A stretch of 64,000 nucleotides of DNA from Gemmatimonadales bacterium (GTDB taxonomy: Bacteria; Gemmatimonadota; Gemmatimonadetes; Gemmatimonadales; GWC2-71-9): assembly GCA_035278885.1 (NCBI GenBank), contig DATEIR010000064.1, positions 9,351-73,350 of the forward strand, read 5' to 3'. The position numbers were made by a program, and so were the translations under genes. Every line of letters starts with the position of its first letter. The stretch's first letter is position 1. Under the pieces are notes generated by a model. That model did no database searches and was not told the DNA's origin. It saw nothing but the letters and a program-made list of their open reading frames with translations. Below are positions 18,032 through 27,348 of this stretch, piece after piece.

Positions 18032-18610
18032 ATGGGCACCATCCGACGCGCCTTCCCGCTGGTCACGGCACTGGTGGTCTTCGCCGCGGGGGTGGCGGCA
18101 GGCCAGGCCGCGCCCGGCCGCGCCGGCTTCTGGGGTGCCTTCGGGATCGGAGCCGGGGGCGAGGCATACGATCTCCAGGACGGCTTCGGCTACAGCGAGC
18201 AGCTCTACCGTCCCACCTTTTCGCTGCGCCTGGGCGGCACCGTCAATCAGCATGTCCGGCTCGGGGGCGAGATGTTGAGCTGGATCAATCAGAACGGCGA
18301 CGCCATCGAATCGCTGACGAGCGCGCTCTTCATCGGCCAGGTCTACCCCTTCGGCTCGAGCGGTCTCTACCTCAAGGGCGGCGCCGGACTGGGACGGAAC
18401 GCGGTGGACTTTCCTGACGGCTCCGGCCTCGGAGACACCGGGTTCGCGGGGCTGCTGGGCGCCGGACTGGAGATGCGGGTGAGCCGGCGCTGGTACCTCA
18501 ACCCTACGGTGGACCTGGTGCAGCACAGCTATACCGGCCGGGGAATCGACAATTATCGGGAGCGGCTCGTGACCTTCGGCATGAGCATCCTCTTCCAGAA
18601 CGGGCGCTGA
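18032..18610 (+). CDS. Outer-membrane beta-barrel protein (OmpA-barrel/OmpW-like small porin family)
   Basis: In-frame ATG at 18032 follows GAGGAG. Signal peptide is MGTIRRAFPLVTALVVFAAGVAAGQA. Alternating Gly/aromatic beta-strand pattern (GFWGAFGIGAGG, LYLKGGAGLG, GLLGAGLEMRV). Confidence 0.6.
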   Translation: MGTIRRAFPLVTALVVFAAGVAAGQAAPGRAGFWGAFGIGAGGEAYDLQDGFGYSEQLYRPTFSLRLGGTVNQHVRLGGEMLSWINQNGDAIESLTSALFIGQVYPFGSSGLYLKGGAGLGRNAVDFPDGSGLGDTGFAGLLGAGLEMRVSRRWYLNPTVDLVQHSYTGRGIDNYRERLVTFGMSILFQNGR

Positions 18611-18648
18611 CGTCGTTATCCTGTCCGTCAGCACGATGGTGCAGCACG

Positions 18649-19371
18649 ATGATGATCCGACACTCGACTTTCCGGACCGCCTCGTCGGTCCTTCTGCTGG
18701 TTTCGGCGGGTTGCAACAACGACCTGACTCTGCCGAGCAACTCCGGAAGCGGCCTCGGCCTGTCGCAGGTACACGGCGACGGGCAGCGGGGTACGGTCGG
18801 CGCTGCTCTCCCTGCCCAGCTGGTGGTTCGGGTGGTCTCGACCGGGGGCGCCGGCGTCCGCGGGCGGCAGGTGGCGTTCGTTCCGGTCGGGGACAGCTCG
18901 GCCCAGCGGCTCGAGCCCGATACGGCACTCACCAACTCGAGTGGTGAAGCATCCACGACCTGGGTTCTCGGCCCCGAGGCAGGCGAGCAGCGAGTCGAGG
19001 CGCACCTGGTGGTGGACGAGGCGGCGCCTCCCCCGGTGACTTTCAGCGCCGAGGCCGTTGCTGGCGCGCCTGACACGCTCGCGGCGGCGAGTCGGCTCAA
19101 CCGTGCCGGCCAGCGGGGCGAGGAGCAACCCGACTCGTTGGTCGTCCGAGTGGCCGACCGGTTCGGCAATCGGGTGTCGGGTGCCCTGGTCACCTGGGAG
19201 ATTGCGGCCGGCGGCGGCGAGGTGAGCCTGGCCCAGACCGAGACCGGGGCGGATGGAACGACCGCGGTGTCCTGGAAGCTGGGGGACGAGGTCGGGGTGC
19301 AGAAGGCGACCGCGGCGATCTCCGGGGTGACCGGCTCGCCGGTTACCTTTACCGCCGTCGTGCTTTTCTGA
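18649..19371 (+). CDS. Ig-like (Big_1-type) repeat lipoprotein, paralog 1
   Basis: Lipobox LLVSAGC followed by DLTLPS. Two repeats of the pattern GDGQ.G..G..L...LVVRV.D..GN.V.G..V.W....GGG. Confidence 0.7.
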   Translation: MMIRHSTFRTASSVLLLVSAGCNNDLTLPSNSGSGLGLSQVHGDGQRGTVGAALPAQLVVRVVSTGGAGVRGRQVAFVPVGDSSAQRLEPDTALTNSSGEASTTWVLGPEAGEQRVEAHLVVDEAAPPPVTFSAEAVAGAPDTLAAASRLNRAGQRGEEQPDSLVVRVADRFGNRVSGALVTWEIAAGGGEVSLAQTETGADGTTAVSWKLGDEVGVQKATAAISGVTGSPVTFTAVVLF

Positions 19372-19497
19372 TGGGCCCGCGACTGTGGCGTCACTGCCAC
19401 AAGCGCGGTCTGGCGCTGTTTCGTAACCTGTGTCTCTGAATGACTTGCATCGAATGAGCCCGGGTTATTCCGGGCATGCATTCTGCTTTCAAGACGC

Positions 19498-22400
19498 ATG
19501 ACCCCAACCGGCATCAGCGTGACCCACTTTCGTCGTCGGTGTGCTGCCTTCGTCGCGATCGCCGCGACAGCCCTGTTCCACCTCGGCTGCGGCGATGGCG
19601 TCGGCCTGCCGGACGAGGGTGTACCCACCGAGATCAAGGCCTTCAGCGGCGACGATCAGACCGGTTCCGCCGGTACTACGCTGGGGAAGCCCGTCGTCGT
19701 CCAGGTGACTGACCGGAGCGGACGCCCGGTCGCCAACCAGAGTGTCGCCTTCGCCCCGGCCAGCGGCTCGGGCAGCGTCACCCCGGCTTCGGTCAAGACC
19801 GACAATCAGGGGAAAGCTTCCACGGCCTGGACGCTCGGTGGGAGTGCGGGCCCCCAGTCGCTCACCGCCACGGCGGAGGGCGGCAATGCACCCGAAGGCC
19901 TCGACGTCGGCCTTACGGCTCACGCCGTCTCCGGCGCGGCGACCCGGATCGAGATCGCCAGCGGGAAGGACCAGACCGGCCCGGTGAGCTCGGCCCTGGC
20001 CGACTCGCTCGTGGTCCGGGTCGTCGACGTCGGCGGCAATCCGGTCGCGGGCGTCGAGGTGCACTGGAGCGTGATCGTTGGCGGCGGCACGGTCTTGCCC
20101 GAGGTCGTGGTTACCGGTAACGACGGCCTGGCCGCCGCGGAGCGGGTGCTGGGTGAAAGCGCGGGCCCCCAGTCGGCCCAGGCGGACGCTTTCGGCCTCG
20201 ACGGCTCGCCCCTCACGTTCAACCATACGGCGGTGCCGGCGACCCCGACCAGGCTGATCAAGGTCTCCGGCGACGGTCAGAGCGCGCCCGCGGGTTTCCC
20301 GCTGGCCGACTCGCTGGTGGTCAAGCTGGTCGACCAGAACGGCAACGGTGTCGGCGGACGCCCGGTCACCTGGGTCGTGGGCGGTGGGGAAGGCTCGGTA
20401 GACCCGGTGAACTCGACAACCACGCCGCAGGGCCTTGCGGTCACCCGCTGGACGATGCCGGCGGCGACCGGAGTCTACTCCATCGACGCCGTCTTTTCGG
20501 GGGTCGATCCGGTCGGCTTCACCGGCACCGCCACCAGCGACGTGCCCACCACGATCGAGCTGGTCAGCGGCGACCATCAGTCCGCCAGCGTGGGCGGCCA
20601 GCTGCCGGCACCGCTCAAGGTCAAGGTCACCGACGGCAATGGGAACCCGGTGGAGAATGTCGCCGTCACCTGGACCGCCAACGGCGGCGGCTCGGTCGGG
20701 GCGACCAGCACCGGAACCGATGCCCAGGGCATCGCCGAGGTGACCCGCACGCTCGGGGTCACGCCCGGGACGTACACCACGACTGCCGAGGTCGCCGGCC
20801 TGAGCGGCTCGCCGATCACATTCACCTCGACGGCGACAGTGGGCCCGGCGGCCAAGCTGACCATCGTGACCCAGCCCTCGAGCACCGCGCAATCGGGTGT
20901 GCCGCTCGAGACGCAGCCCGTGATCCAGCTGCAGGACGCGGCCGGGAACGACGTCGCCCTGGCAGGCCGCGCCATCACGGCCGGGGTGATCGGCGGATCG
21001 GTCACCGGCGCCACCGCCTCCACCGATGCGAGCGGCAAGGCGACATTCACGTCCCTGGCGATCGTTGGATCCGCCGGCCAGAGCTTCCAGATCACCTTCA
21101 CCTCCGGTGTGCTGCTGCCGGCCACCTCGGATCTGGTCACGCTGAGCCCCGGCAACGTCGGCAAGATCGCCTTCACTGCCACGCCTCCGACGACGGTGTC
21201 GGCCGGAGTCGTCTGGGTGCAGCACCCGGTCGTGCAGCTGCAGGACGCGGCCGGCAACGCCCTCGCCATCCCCGACGTGAACATCGTCGCGAACATTCAG
21301 ACCGGCGGCGGCACCCTGAACGGCACGAAGACCGTCGCCACCGACGACAACGGACAGGCGGAGTTCACCGATCTCTCGATCAGCGGCAAGGCGGGCGCAC
21401 GCACCGTGCGGTTCCGGAATCCCGCGCTCCCCGTGTCGGCTGCGATCACTGCGACGGTGAACGTGGTCGCGGGTCCGGCGAGCAAGATCTCGGCGGCCTC
21501 GGACGTGAGCCAGAATGGGACTGCTGGTACGGCGGTGGCCGAGCCTCCGGCGGTCCTGGTGGCGGACGCGTTCGACAATCCGGTGGCCGACATTGCTGTC
21601 ACGTTCGCGGTGACGGCCGGCGGCGGGACCATCGCGCCCACCACGCCCGTCCCTACCGGTGCCGACGGCATCGCGGCGCTGACGAGCTGGACGCTGGGCC
21701 CGAGCCAGGGCGCGAATACCGTCACCGCGAGCGCGACGGGGCTGACCGGCAGTCCGGTCACGTTCAACGCGTCGGTCGCCGCAATCAACACCAGTACCCA
21801 GATCTCGGCGGCGCCGAGCAGCTCGGTGGTCGGGGAGCCGGTGGACGTCACCGTCACCGTCACCAGTGGGTCGGGAACCCCGACCGGCAGCGTGTCGCTC
21901 ACGGTGGACAACGTCGATCAGGGATCGAAGACGCTCTCGGGCGGGCAGGCCGTATTCCCGGTCACGTTCACGACCGCCGATGGTCACCACAAGCTGGCGG
22001 CGGCCTACACGGGCGAAGGCGCCTTCGGCGGAAGCAACGACAACCTCGACTACGCGGTGAACGAGGCGGAGACCTCGGTGTCCGTCGTTTCGGATCACGC
22101 GGGTCAGACGCCGCCCCAGGGTGAGAGCATTCAGTTCACCGCCACCCTGAGCGTCACCGCCCCCGGCGCCGGGACGCCCACCGGCAGCGTGCAGTTCAAG
22201 GACAACGGGAGCAACCTCGGCGCGCCGGTGGCGCTGACCGGCGGGACGGCCGTCCTGCCGACGACCGAGCTCCTCGAAGGCTCGCATTCGATCACCGCCG
22301 AGTACCTGGGCGACGCGAACTTCGCCGGGTCCACGTCGGACGCGATCTCGCAGGACGTCGGGCCGCCCCCCGACACCGGTCCTATCGGCATGGGGGAGAC

Positions 22401-22956
22401 CTACAACACCGACGAGGACACCCCCCTCCAACCAGATCCAGGCGGGGGGGTCCTGGCGAACGACAGCGACCCCGACGGCGATCCGATCACCGCAGTACTG
22501 GTCTCCCCGCCGCAACACTCCAGCACTTTCAGCCTGAATTCCGACGGAAGCTTCAACTACCAGCCTGCCGCGAACTACAACGGCCCGGACTCCTTTACCT
22601 ATCGCGCCTCGGCCAACGGCCTCGCCACCGGCGTGCTCACCGCGAGCCTCAACGTGGCCCCGGTGAACGATGCGCCGGTCGCCGCGGACGACGACGCCGG
22701 CACGTCGCTGGTAGACGTCACAGTGTCCCAGCCGGCCCCAGGCGTGCTGGGCAACGACAGCGACCTGGATGGCGACGGACTCACGGCGGTGCTCGATCAG
22801 AACGTGACCCACGGAACGCTTGCGCTCAACGCCGATGGCAGCTTCAGCTACACCCCCGAGGCGGGATATACCGGGCTGGACGCGTTCCAATACCACGCCT
22901 TCGACGGCACTGCCGCTTCCAATACCGTGACCGTCACCTTCCTTGTCACGCCCTGA
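19498..22956 (+). CDS. Large Ig-like repeat lipoprotein with C-terminal cadherin-like/tandem-95-type modules, paralog 2
   Basis: Lipobox FHLGCGD. It has about 5 GD.Q-type Big_1-like repeats and about 3 'QP...PV(I/V)QLQDAAGN' repeats, further Ig-like modules, and two modules containing LANDSDPDGDP / LGNDSDLDGDG. Confidence 0.8.
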   Translation: MTPTGISVTHFRRRCAAFVAIAATALFHLGCGDGVGLPDEGVPTEIKAFSGDDQTGSAGTTLGKPVVVQVTDRSGRPVANQSVAFAPASGSGSVTPASVKTDNQGKASTAWTLGGSAGPQSLTATAEGGNAPEGLDVGLTAHAVSGAATRIEIASGKDQTGPVSSALADSLVVRVVDVGGNPVAGVEVHWSVIVGGGTVLPEVVVTGNDGLAAAERVLGESAGPQSAQADAFGLDGSPLTFNHTAVPATPTRLIKVSGDGQSAPAGFPLADSLVVKLVDQNGNGVGGRPVTWVVGGGEGSVDPVNSTTTPQGLAVTRWTMPAATGVYSIDAVFSGVDPVGFTGTATSDVPTTIELVSGDHQSASVGGQLPAPLKVKVTDGNGNPVENVAVTWTANGGGSVGATSTGTDAQGIAEVTRTLGVTPGTYTTTAEVAGLSGSPITFTSTATVGPAAKLTIVTQPSSTAQSGVPLETQPVIQLQDAAGNDVALAGRAITAGVIGGSVTGATASTDASGKATFTSLAIVGSAGQSFQITFTSGVLLPATSDLVTLSPGNVGKIAFTATPPTTVSAGVVWVQHPVVQLQDAAGNALAIPDVNIVANIQTGGGTLNGTKTVATDDNGQAEFTDLSISGKAGARTVRFRNPALPVSAAITATVNVVAGPASKISAASDVSQNGTAGTAVAEPPAVLVADAFDNPVADIAVTFAVTAGGGTIAPTTPVPTGADGIAALTSWTLGPSQGANTVTASATGLTGSPVTFNASVAAINTSTQISAAPSSSVVGEPVDVTVTVTSGSGTPTGSVSLTVDNVDQGSKTLSGGQAVFPVTFTTADGHHKLAAAYTGEGAFGGSNDNLDYAVNEAETSVSVVSDHAGQTPPQGESIQFTATLSVTAPGAGTPTGSVQFKDNGSNLGAPVALTGGTAVLPTTELLEGSHSITAEYLGDANFAGSTSDAISQDVGPPPDTGPIGMGETYNTDEDTPLQPDPGGGVLANDSDPDGDPITAVLVSPPQHSSTFSLNSDGSFNYQPAANYNGPDSFTYRASANGLATGVLTASLNVAPVNDAPVAADDDAGTSLVDVTVSQPAPGVLGNDSDLDGDGLTAVLDQNVTHGTLALNADGSFSYTPEAGYTGLDAFQYHAFDGTAASNTVTVTFLVTP

Positions 22957-23087
22957 ACCTCTGACCGGGGCTGGCGCACTCCGCCATGCCCCCGGAACCA
23001 TGTAGCTAAGCAACATCACCGCAACGCCTTGCGCGTTGTGTGACGTGGCTCCTAGTGGCCGGGGCGGAGAATCCGTACCGTGAGCCG

Positions 23088-24980
23088 ATGCGATACACTC
23101 CCTTTCTCGGACTGGTGGCCGCGCTAACTCTCGTCTCCTGCGGCGGGGACGATCTCGTCCTGCCGAGCAAGGGGGAGCCCGCCGACGTATCGGTTGTGGC
23201 GGGCAACCAGCAGAGTGGCAGGGCTGGCCAGAAGCTGAACGACCCCGTCGTGGTCGAGGTGACCGACGTGGATGGGCGGCCGATCGGGGGGGCGACCGTG
23301 GAGCTCGAGCTCGACGGCGTCCTGGACACCGTCAGCACCGGCAATGATGGCCGCGCCAGTGCCGAGCTCACGCTCGGCTCCTCGGTGGGTCAGGTCACGG
23401 GTCACGTGCGCGTGGTCGCGCCGGTGGGACCCCAGCCGGTGCAGACGACCTTTACGGCCACCGCGGTCTCGGCCTCCGCCAACGGGCTGACGATCGTCTC
23501 CGGCGATTCCCAGACCGGGGCCGCGGGTACCGCGCTTTCCGAGCCCCTCGTGGTGAGCGTGACCGATGCCTTCGGCAACCCGGTTGCCAACATCCCGGTC
23601 ACCTGGGCGGCGGTCGGCGGGGGCAGTGTGAGCGCAAGCGAGACCACGACCGACGAGGCCGGTCTTGCGTCGGTCACTCGCACGCTTGGTCCCACGGCGG
23701 GATCCCAGAGCACGACCGCAACTTCGGGAGGTCTGGCCGGCTCACCCGCGACCTTTACCCATACGGCCACATCCGGCAGCGCCTCGGGAGTGGTGGTGGT
23801 GTCCGGAGATCATCAGAGTGCTGCCCCCAAGGCGACGCTGCCTGACCCGCTCATCGTCCGCGTCACCGATGCGGACGGAAACCCGGTGAGCGGGGCGGCG
23901 GTGACCTGGGTGGTCACCGCTGGAGGAGGGAGCGTCAATCCCACCACCAGCTCGACCGACGCCGACGGGCAGGCCGGCACGACGTGGACGCTGGGGCCTT
24001 CGGTCGGCACCAACACCGTGCAGGCGGTGGTGTCCGGCGTCGGCACCGCCTCGTTTACCGCGACGGGGGTAGCGGGCGCGGCCTCCGAGATCCGCATCGT
24101 CTCCGGGAATAACCAGAGCGGCCAGGTCGGCGCCCAGCTCAGCGCCGACCTCGTGGTGGCGGTGCGCGACAAAGATGGGAATGCCGTGGCCGGGGCGACG
24201 GTGACCTGGGCGGTCACCGACGGCGGCGGGCAGGTGACGCCGGCGGCCACCAGCACCGGCGCCAACGGTCAGGCTTCGGCGGAGTGGATCCTGGGCCCGT
24301 CCAGCGGCGGCCAGACCGTCCGGGCGACCGCCGGCTCTGCCGGACACGTGGACTTCCACGCGAGCGGCACCGCCACCGCGCCGCCGGCCCTGGCGATCGC
24401 CACACAGCCGTCGGCGGCAGCCACTCTGGGCGTGCCGTTCGCGACCCAACCGGTCATCCAGCTGCGCGATGCCTCCGGGAACGCCATCCAGCAGTCGGGA
24501 GTCTCGGTCACCGTCGCGATCGCGTCGGGCCCGGGCCGGCTCACCGGCACGGCCTCCCGTACCACCGACGCCAGCGGACAGGCGACCTTCACCGACCTCG
24601 CCATCGCGGACGCGAGCGGTAGCCATACCCTGATCTTCGCCGCCTCGGGGTACACCTCGGTCGTCTCCGGCTCGATCACGGTAACGCCGCCGGCCAACCA
24701 GCCGCCGACCGCCGTAGACGACCAGTACACGACCGCGGTCGGCACCGTGCTCACCGTGGACGCGCCGGGCGTGCTGGCCAACGACACCGACCCGGAAGGC
24801 GGCACGCTGACGGCCGGCGTGGTAGACCAGCCGGCCAACGGCTCACTCGCGCTCGCGTCGGACGGGTCGTTCACCTACACCCCGAACGCGGAGTTCACGG
24901 GCCAGGATACCTTCACCTATGTGGCCGGCGACGGGACCGATGCGTCCGCCCCGGCGACCGTGACCATTTCGGTGCAGTAG
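23088..24980 (+). CDS. Ig-like repeat lipoprotein with C-terminal cadherin-like/tandem-95-type module, paralog 3
   Basis: In-frame ATG at 23088 gives MRYTPFLGLVAALTLVSCGGDDLVLPS (lipobox). There are four GD.Q-type repeats, one QP..PVIQLRDASGN repeat, and a terminal module with VLANDTDPEGG. Confidence 0.8.
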   Translation: MRYTPFLGLVAALTLVSCGGDDLVLPSKGEPADVSVVAGNQQSGRAGQKLNDPVVVEVTDVDGRPIGGATVELELDGVLDTVSTGNDGRASAELTLGSSVGQVTGHVRVVAPVGPQPVQTTFTATAVSASANGLTIVSGDSQTGAAGTALSEPLVVSVTDAFGNPVANIPVTWAAVGGGSVSASETTTDEAGLASVTRTLGPTAGSQSTTATSGGLAGSPATFTHTATSGSASGVVVVSGDHQSAAPKATLPDPLIVRVTDADGNPVSGAAVTWVVTAGGGSVNPTTSSTDADGQAGTTWTLGPSVGTNTVQAVVSGVGTASFTATGVAGAASEIRIVSGNNQSGQVGAQLSADLVVAVRDKDGNAVAGATVTWAVTDGGGQVTPAATSTGANGQASAEWILGPSSGGQTVRATAGSAGHVDFHASGTATAPPALAIATQPSAAATLGVPFATQPVIQLRDASGNAIQQSGVSVTVAIASGPGRLTGTASRTTDASGQATFTDLAIADASGSHTLIFAASGYTSVVSGSITVTPPANQPPTAVDDQYTTAVGTVLTVDAPGVLANDTDPEGGTLTAGVVDQPANGSLALASDGSFTYTPNAEFTGQDTFTYVAGDGTDASAPATVTISVQ

Positions 24981-25124
24981 CCCACCCGGCTACATTTCAC
25001 CTGCACGTTCTTGCACCTGGGCGGACGGAGGGTGTGATCCACCTCCTGGTCCGGCCCAGGGCCCCTGTGCTAGGCTTCCGGTAACAGCAGACAGCCCAGT
25101 TTCTTCCCTCTCGCGGGCGGTGCC

Positions 25125-27086
25125 TTGCGCTCCCCTCGGGTTCTCGTGGCGTACCCGATTCTGACATCGCCGAAATCGCGCTGGTGGCGCCTCGCGCCGC
25201 TCGTGCTGCTGGCCGCCTGCGGTGGCGATTTGACGCTGCCGAACGAGGGCCAGCCCGCGTCGCTGACCGTGGCCGGCGGCAACAACCAGAACGGGACGAT
25301 CGGCGAGGCGCTGATCGATCCGCTCGTGGTGCGGGTGACCGACGGCTTCGACGACCCGGTCGCCGGGGTCACCGTGGTCTGGTCCGCCGAGCCCGGCGTC
25401 TCCGTCGAGCCGGTCACGAGCGTGACGGCGGCGGATGGGTATGCCAGCACCCAGCTGATTCTGGGGTCCTCCGTCGGCACCTACGTCACCCGCGCCTCGC
25501 TGAGCGGAGTGGCCAACCCGCCGGAGCCGGTCGTATTCACCACCACCGGCGTCGCCGCTCGGCTGTCGTTCGTCACCCCGCCGCCGGCCATCGCCGCCTC
25601 GGGTGCCGCCTTCGATCCGCAGCCCGTGCTTCAGCTGCAGGATGCGTCGGGCGAGGACATCGCCCGCGGGGGCGTCGCGGTGACCGTGCAGATCTCCGAC
25701 GGCGGCGGGAGTCTATCGGGCACCACCACGGCCACCAGCGACGCACAAGGCCGGGTCGCCTTTACCGACCTGGCGATCCGCGGCTCGCCCGCGACCCGTA
25801 CCCTGATCTTCGCGGCCGATGCCTTCGCATCGGCCACCGCGGCGGTGGCTGTCGGCGTGGGCGCGCCGGCGTCGATCGAGTCCTCCGCCGGCGGTGGCGA
25901 GTCGGCCGTCGTCGGCACCGCGGTCCCGACGGCGCCAGCCGTGCTCGTCCGCGACGCCGACGGCAACCCGCTCCCCGGTATTCCGGTCTCGTTCAAGGTG
26001 ACCGCCGGCAGCGGCTCGGCCAGCGGCCGTACGCCGGTGACCGATGCGAACGGCGTGGCGACGGTGGGTGCCTGGATTCTGGGCCAGAAGGTCGGGGCCA
26101 ACACACTCCAGGCGACGCTCTCGGGCCTCGAGGTGAGCGGCAGCCCGGTGGTCTTCACCGCGACGGGCACGCCCGGCCCGGTGAGCGCGTCGAAGAGTCT
26201 GGTGGTCGCCGAGCCGGCGCAGATTGTCGCTTCGACCGGCACCAGCGCGAGCACCATCACCGTCAGCGCGCGCGATGCGTTCGACAACCCGATTCCCGGG
26301 CTGGCGGTGACGCTGTCTTCGACCGGCACCGGCAACACCCTGACCCAGCCGACCGGTCCGACCGGCAGCGACGGCACCGCATCCGGCAGCTTGAGCGCCA
26401 CCCTTCCAGGCGATCGGGTGGTGAGCGCCGTGATCGGCGGCGTGGCCGTGACCCAGACGGCGACCGTGCGGGTCTCGGCCGGTACTCCCGTCGCGGCTAA
26501 GAGCACCGCCACCGTCCCAGGGGGCACCGCCGGGCAGGTGACCACCATCCAGATTCAACTGAAGGACGCTCAGGGGAACCCGGTGGAAGGCCGCCGGGAC
26601 GCGATCGGGGTGGCGATCAGCGGGGCCAACACGGTCAACCAGGTGCCCGTCAGCGAAGAAGGTGGCGGGACCTATACGGCGAGCTACACGCCGCAGAAGT
26701 CCGGCAGCGATGCGATCAGCGTCAAGGTGCTGGGGGCGGCTCTCAGCGGCTCGCTGACCAGCATCGTGATCGCGGGGCCGCCCAGCGCGCAGACCTCGAA
26801 GGTCGACATGCCCTCGCGCGTGACCGTCATTCCCAATCAGCTCCCCGTGCACCTCACCATCACCGCGTTCGATGCGCTGGGAAACCGAGTCACCAGGGGT
26901 GGCGCCAATTTCGAGGTGCGCGTCGAGGATCAGAGCGAGGGTCCGCCGCTCGAGCTGACCGACAACCGGGACGGGACCTACAGCGCCACCTTCAATCCCG
27001 GAACCGGGGTCTTCCTGGTCCATGTCCGGCTCGATGGCGTGGAGCTGAAAGACAGCCCGTATCAGCTCATCGTGAGCTTCTTCTGA
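25125..27086 (+). CDS. Ig-like repeat lipoprotein with invasin-type Big_1 and filamin-type repeats, paralog 4
   Basis: TTG start as in the track (start uncertain). Lipobox LLAACGGDLTLPNEG. GD/GN.Q repeats, an intimin/invasin-like module (ITVSARDAFDNPIPG), and two filamin-like modules (GTYTASYTP, GTYSATFNPGTGVFLVHVRLDG). Confidence 0.75.
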   Translation: MRSPRVLVAYPILTSPKSRWWRLAPLVLLAACGGDLTLPNEGQPASLTVAGGNNQNGTIGEALIDPLVVRVTDGFDDPVAGVTVVWSAEPGVSVEPVTSVTAADGYASTQLILGSSVGTYVTRASLSGVANPPEPVVFTTTGVAARLSFVTPPPAIAASGAAFDPQPVLQLQDASGEDIARGGVAVTVQISDGGGSLSGTTTATSDAQGRVAFTDLAIRGSPATRTLIFAADAFASATAAVAVGVGAPASIESSAGGGESAVVGTAVPTAPAVLVRDADGNPLPGIPVSFKVTAGSGSASGRTPVTDANGVATVGAWILGQKVGANTLQATLSGLEVSGSPVVFTATGTPGPVSASKSLVVAEPAQIVASTGTSASTITVSARDAFDNPIPGLAVTLSSTGTGNTLTQPTGPTGSDGTASGSLSATLPGDRVVSAVIGGVAVTQTATVRVSAGTPVAAKSTATVPGGTAGQVTTIQIQLKDAQGNPVEGRRDAIGVAISGANTVNQVPVSEEGGGTYTASYTPQKSGSDAISVKVLGAALSGSLTSIVIAGPPSAQTSKVDMPSRVTVIPNQLPVHLTITAFDALGNRVTRGGANFEVRVEDQSEGPPLELTDNRDGTYSATFNPGTGVFLVHVRLDGVELKDSPYQLIVSFF

Positions 27087-27089
27087 TGG

Positions 27090-27118
27090 TTGACCCCCCT
27101 CCCGCCGGCGGCTATCTT
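27090..27118 (+). promoter_or_regulatory. Putative sigma70-type promoter for the tRNA-Leu/tRNA-Thr pair
   Basis: TTGACC (27090-27095), a 17-nt spacer, then TATCTT (27113-27118), about 12 nt before the tRNA-Leu 5' end. Confidence 0.45.
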
Positions 27119-27130
27119 GCTCCGCCGCAC

Positions 27131-27212
27131 GCCCTGGTGGTGAAACTGGTAGACACGCTATCTTGAGGGGGTAGTGCCGAAAGGCGTCGCGGTTCGAATC
27201 CGCGCCAGGGCA
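27131..27212 (+). tRNA. tRNA-Leu (anticodon GAG)
   Basis: Hand-folded. Acceptor GCCCTGG/CCAGGGC, D-arm GTGAAACTGGTAGACAC, anticodon stem CTATC/GGTAG with loop TTGAGGG, long variable arm, T-arm CGCGG-TTCGAAT-CCGCG, discriminator A. CCA is not encoded. Confidence 0.85.
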
Positions 27213-27224
27213 TTCGGATCACCG

Positions 27225-27296
27225 GCCACTGTAGCTCAGGGGTAGAGCTCTCGATTCGTAATCGAGCGGTCGTCGGTTCAAATCCGACCAGTGGCT
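27225..27296 (+). tRNA. tRNA-Thr (anticodon CGT)
   Basis: Hand-folded. Acceptor GCCACTG/CAGTGGC, D-arm GCTCAGGGGTAGAGC, anticodon stem CTCGA/TCGAG with loop TTCGTAA, T-arm GTCGG-TTCAAAT-CCGAC. Confidence 0.85.
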
Positions 27297-27316
27297 CTCC
27301 TTTTGTGAATAGCATC

Positions 27317-27348
27317 CGGCCCGCCATGCACGGCGGGCCGTTCTGTTT
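27317..27348 (+). terminator. Rho-independent terminator (probably bidirectional, shared with convergent mgtC-like gene)
   Basis: 9-bp GC stem CGGCCCGCC/GGCGGGCCG (27317-27325 / 27332-27340) with a 6-nt loop, followed by TTCTGTTT. Confidence 0.6.

Noticed and set aside
17863-18066. N-terminal extension of the SURF1 ORF
   Set aside because: The SURF1 hallmark N-terminal TM segment begins right after the internal ATG at 17862. The extension overlaps the start region of the divergent OMP gene.
19489-23019. 1176-aa antisense ORF opposite the large Ig-repeat gene, and similar antisense ORFs opposite the other Ig-repeat genes
   Set aside because: This is a typical stop-free antisense frame in GC-rich DNA, with a low-complexity Arg/Gly/Asp composition. 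The sense strand has a clear repeat-domain protein with a lipobox.
27112-27327. 71-aa minus-strand ORF
   Set aside because: It lies entirely over tRNA-Leu and tRNA-Thr.
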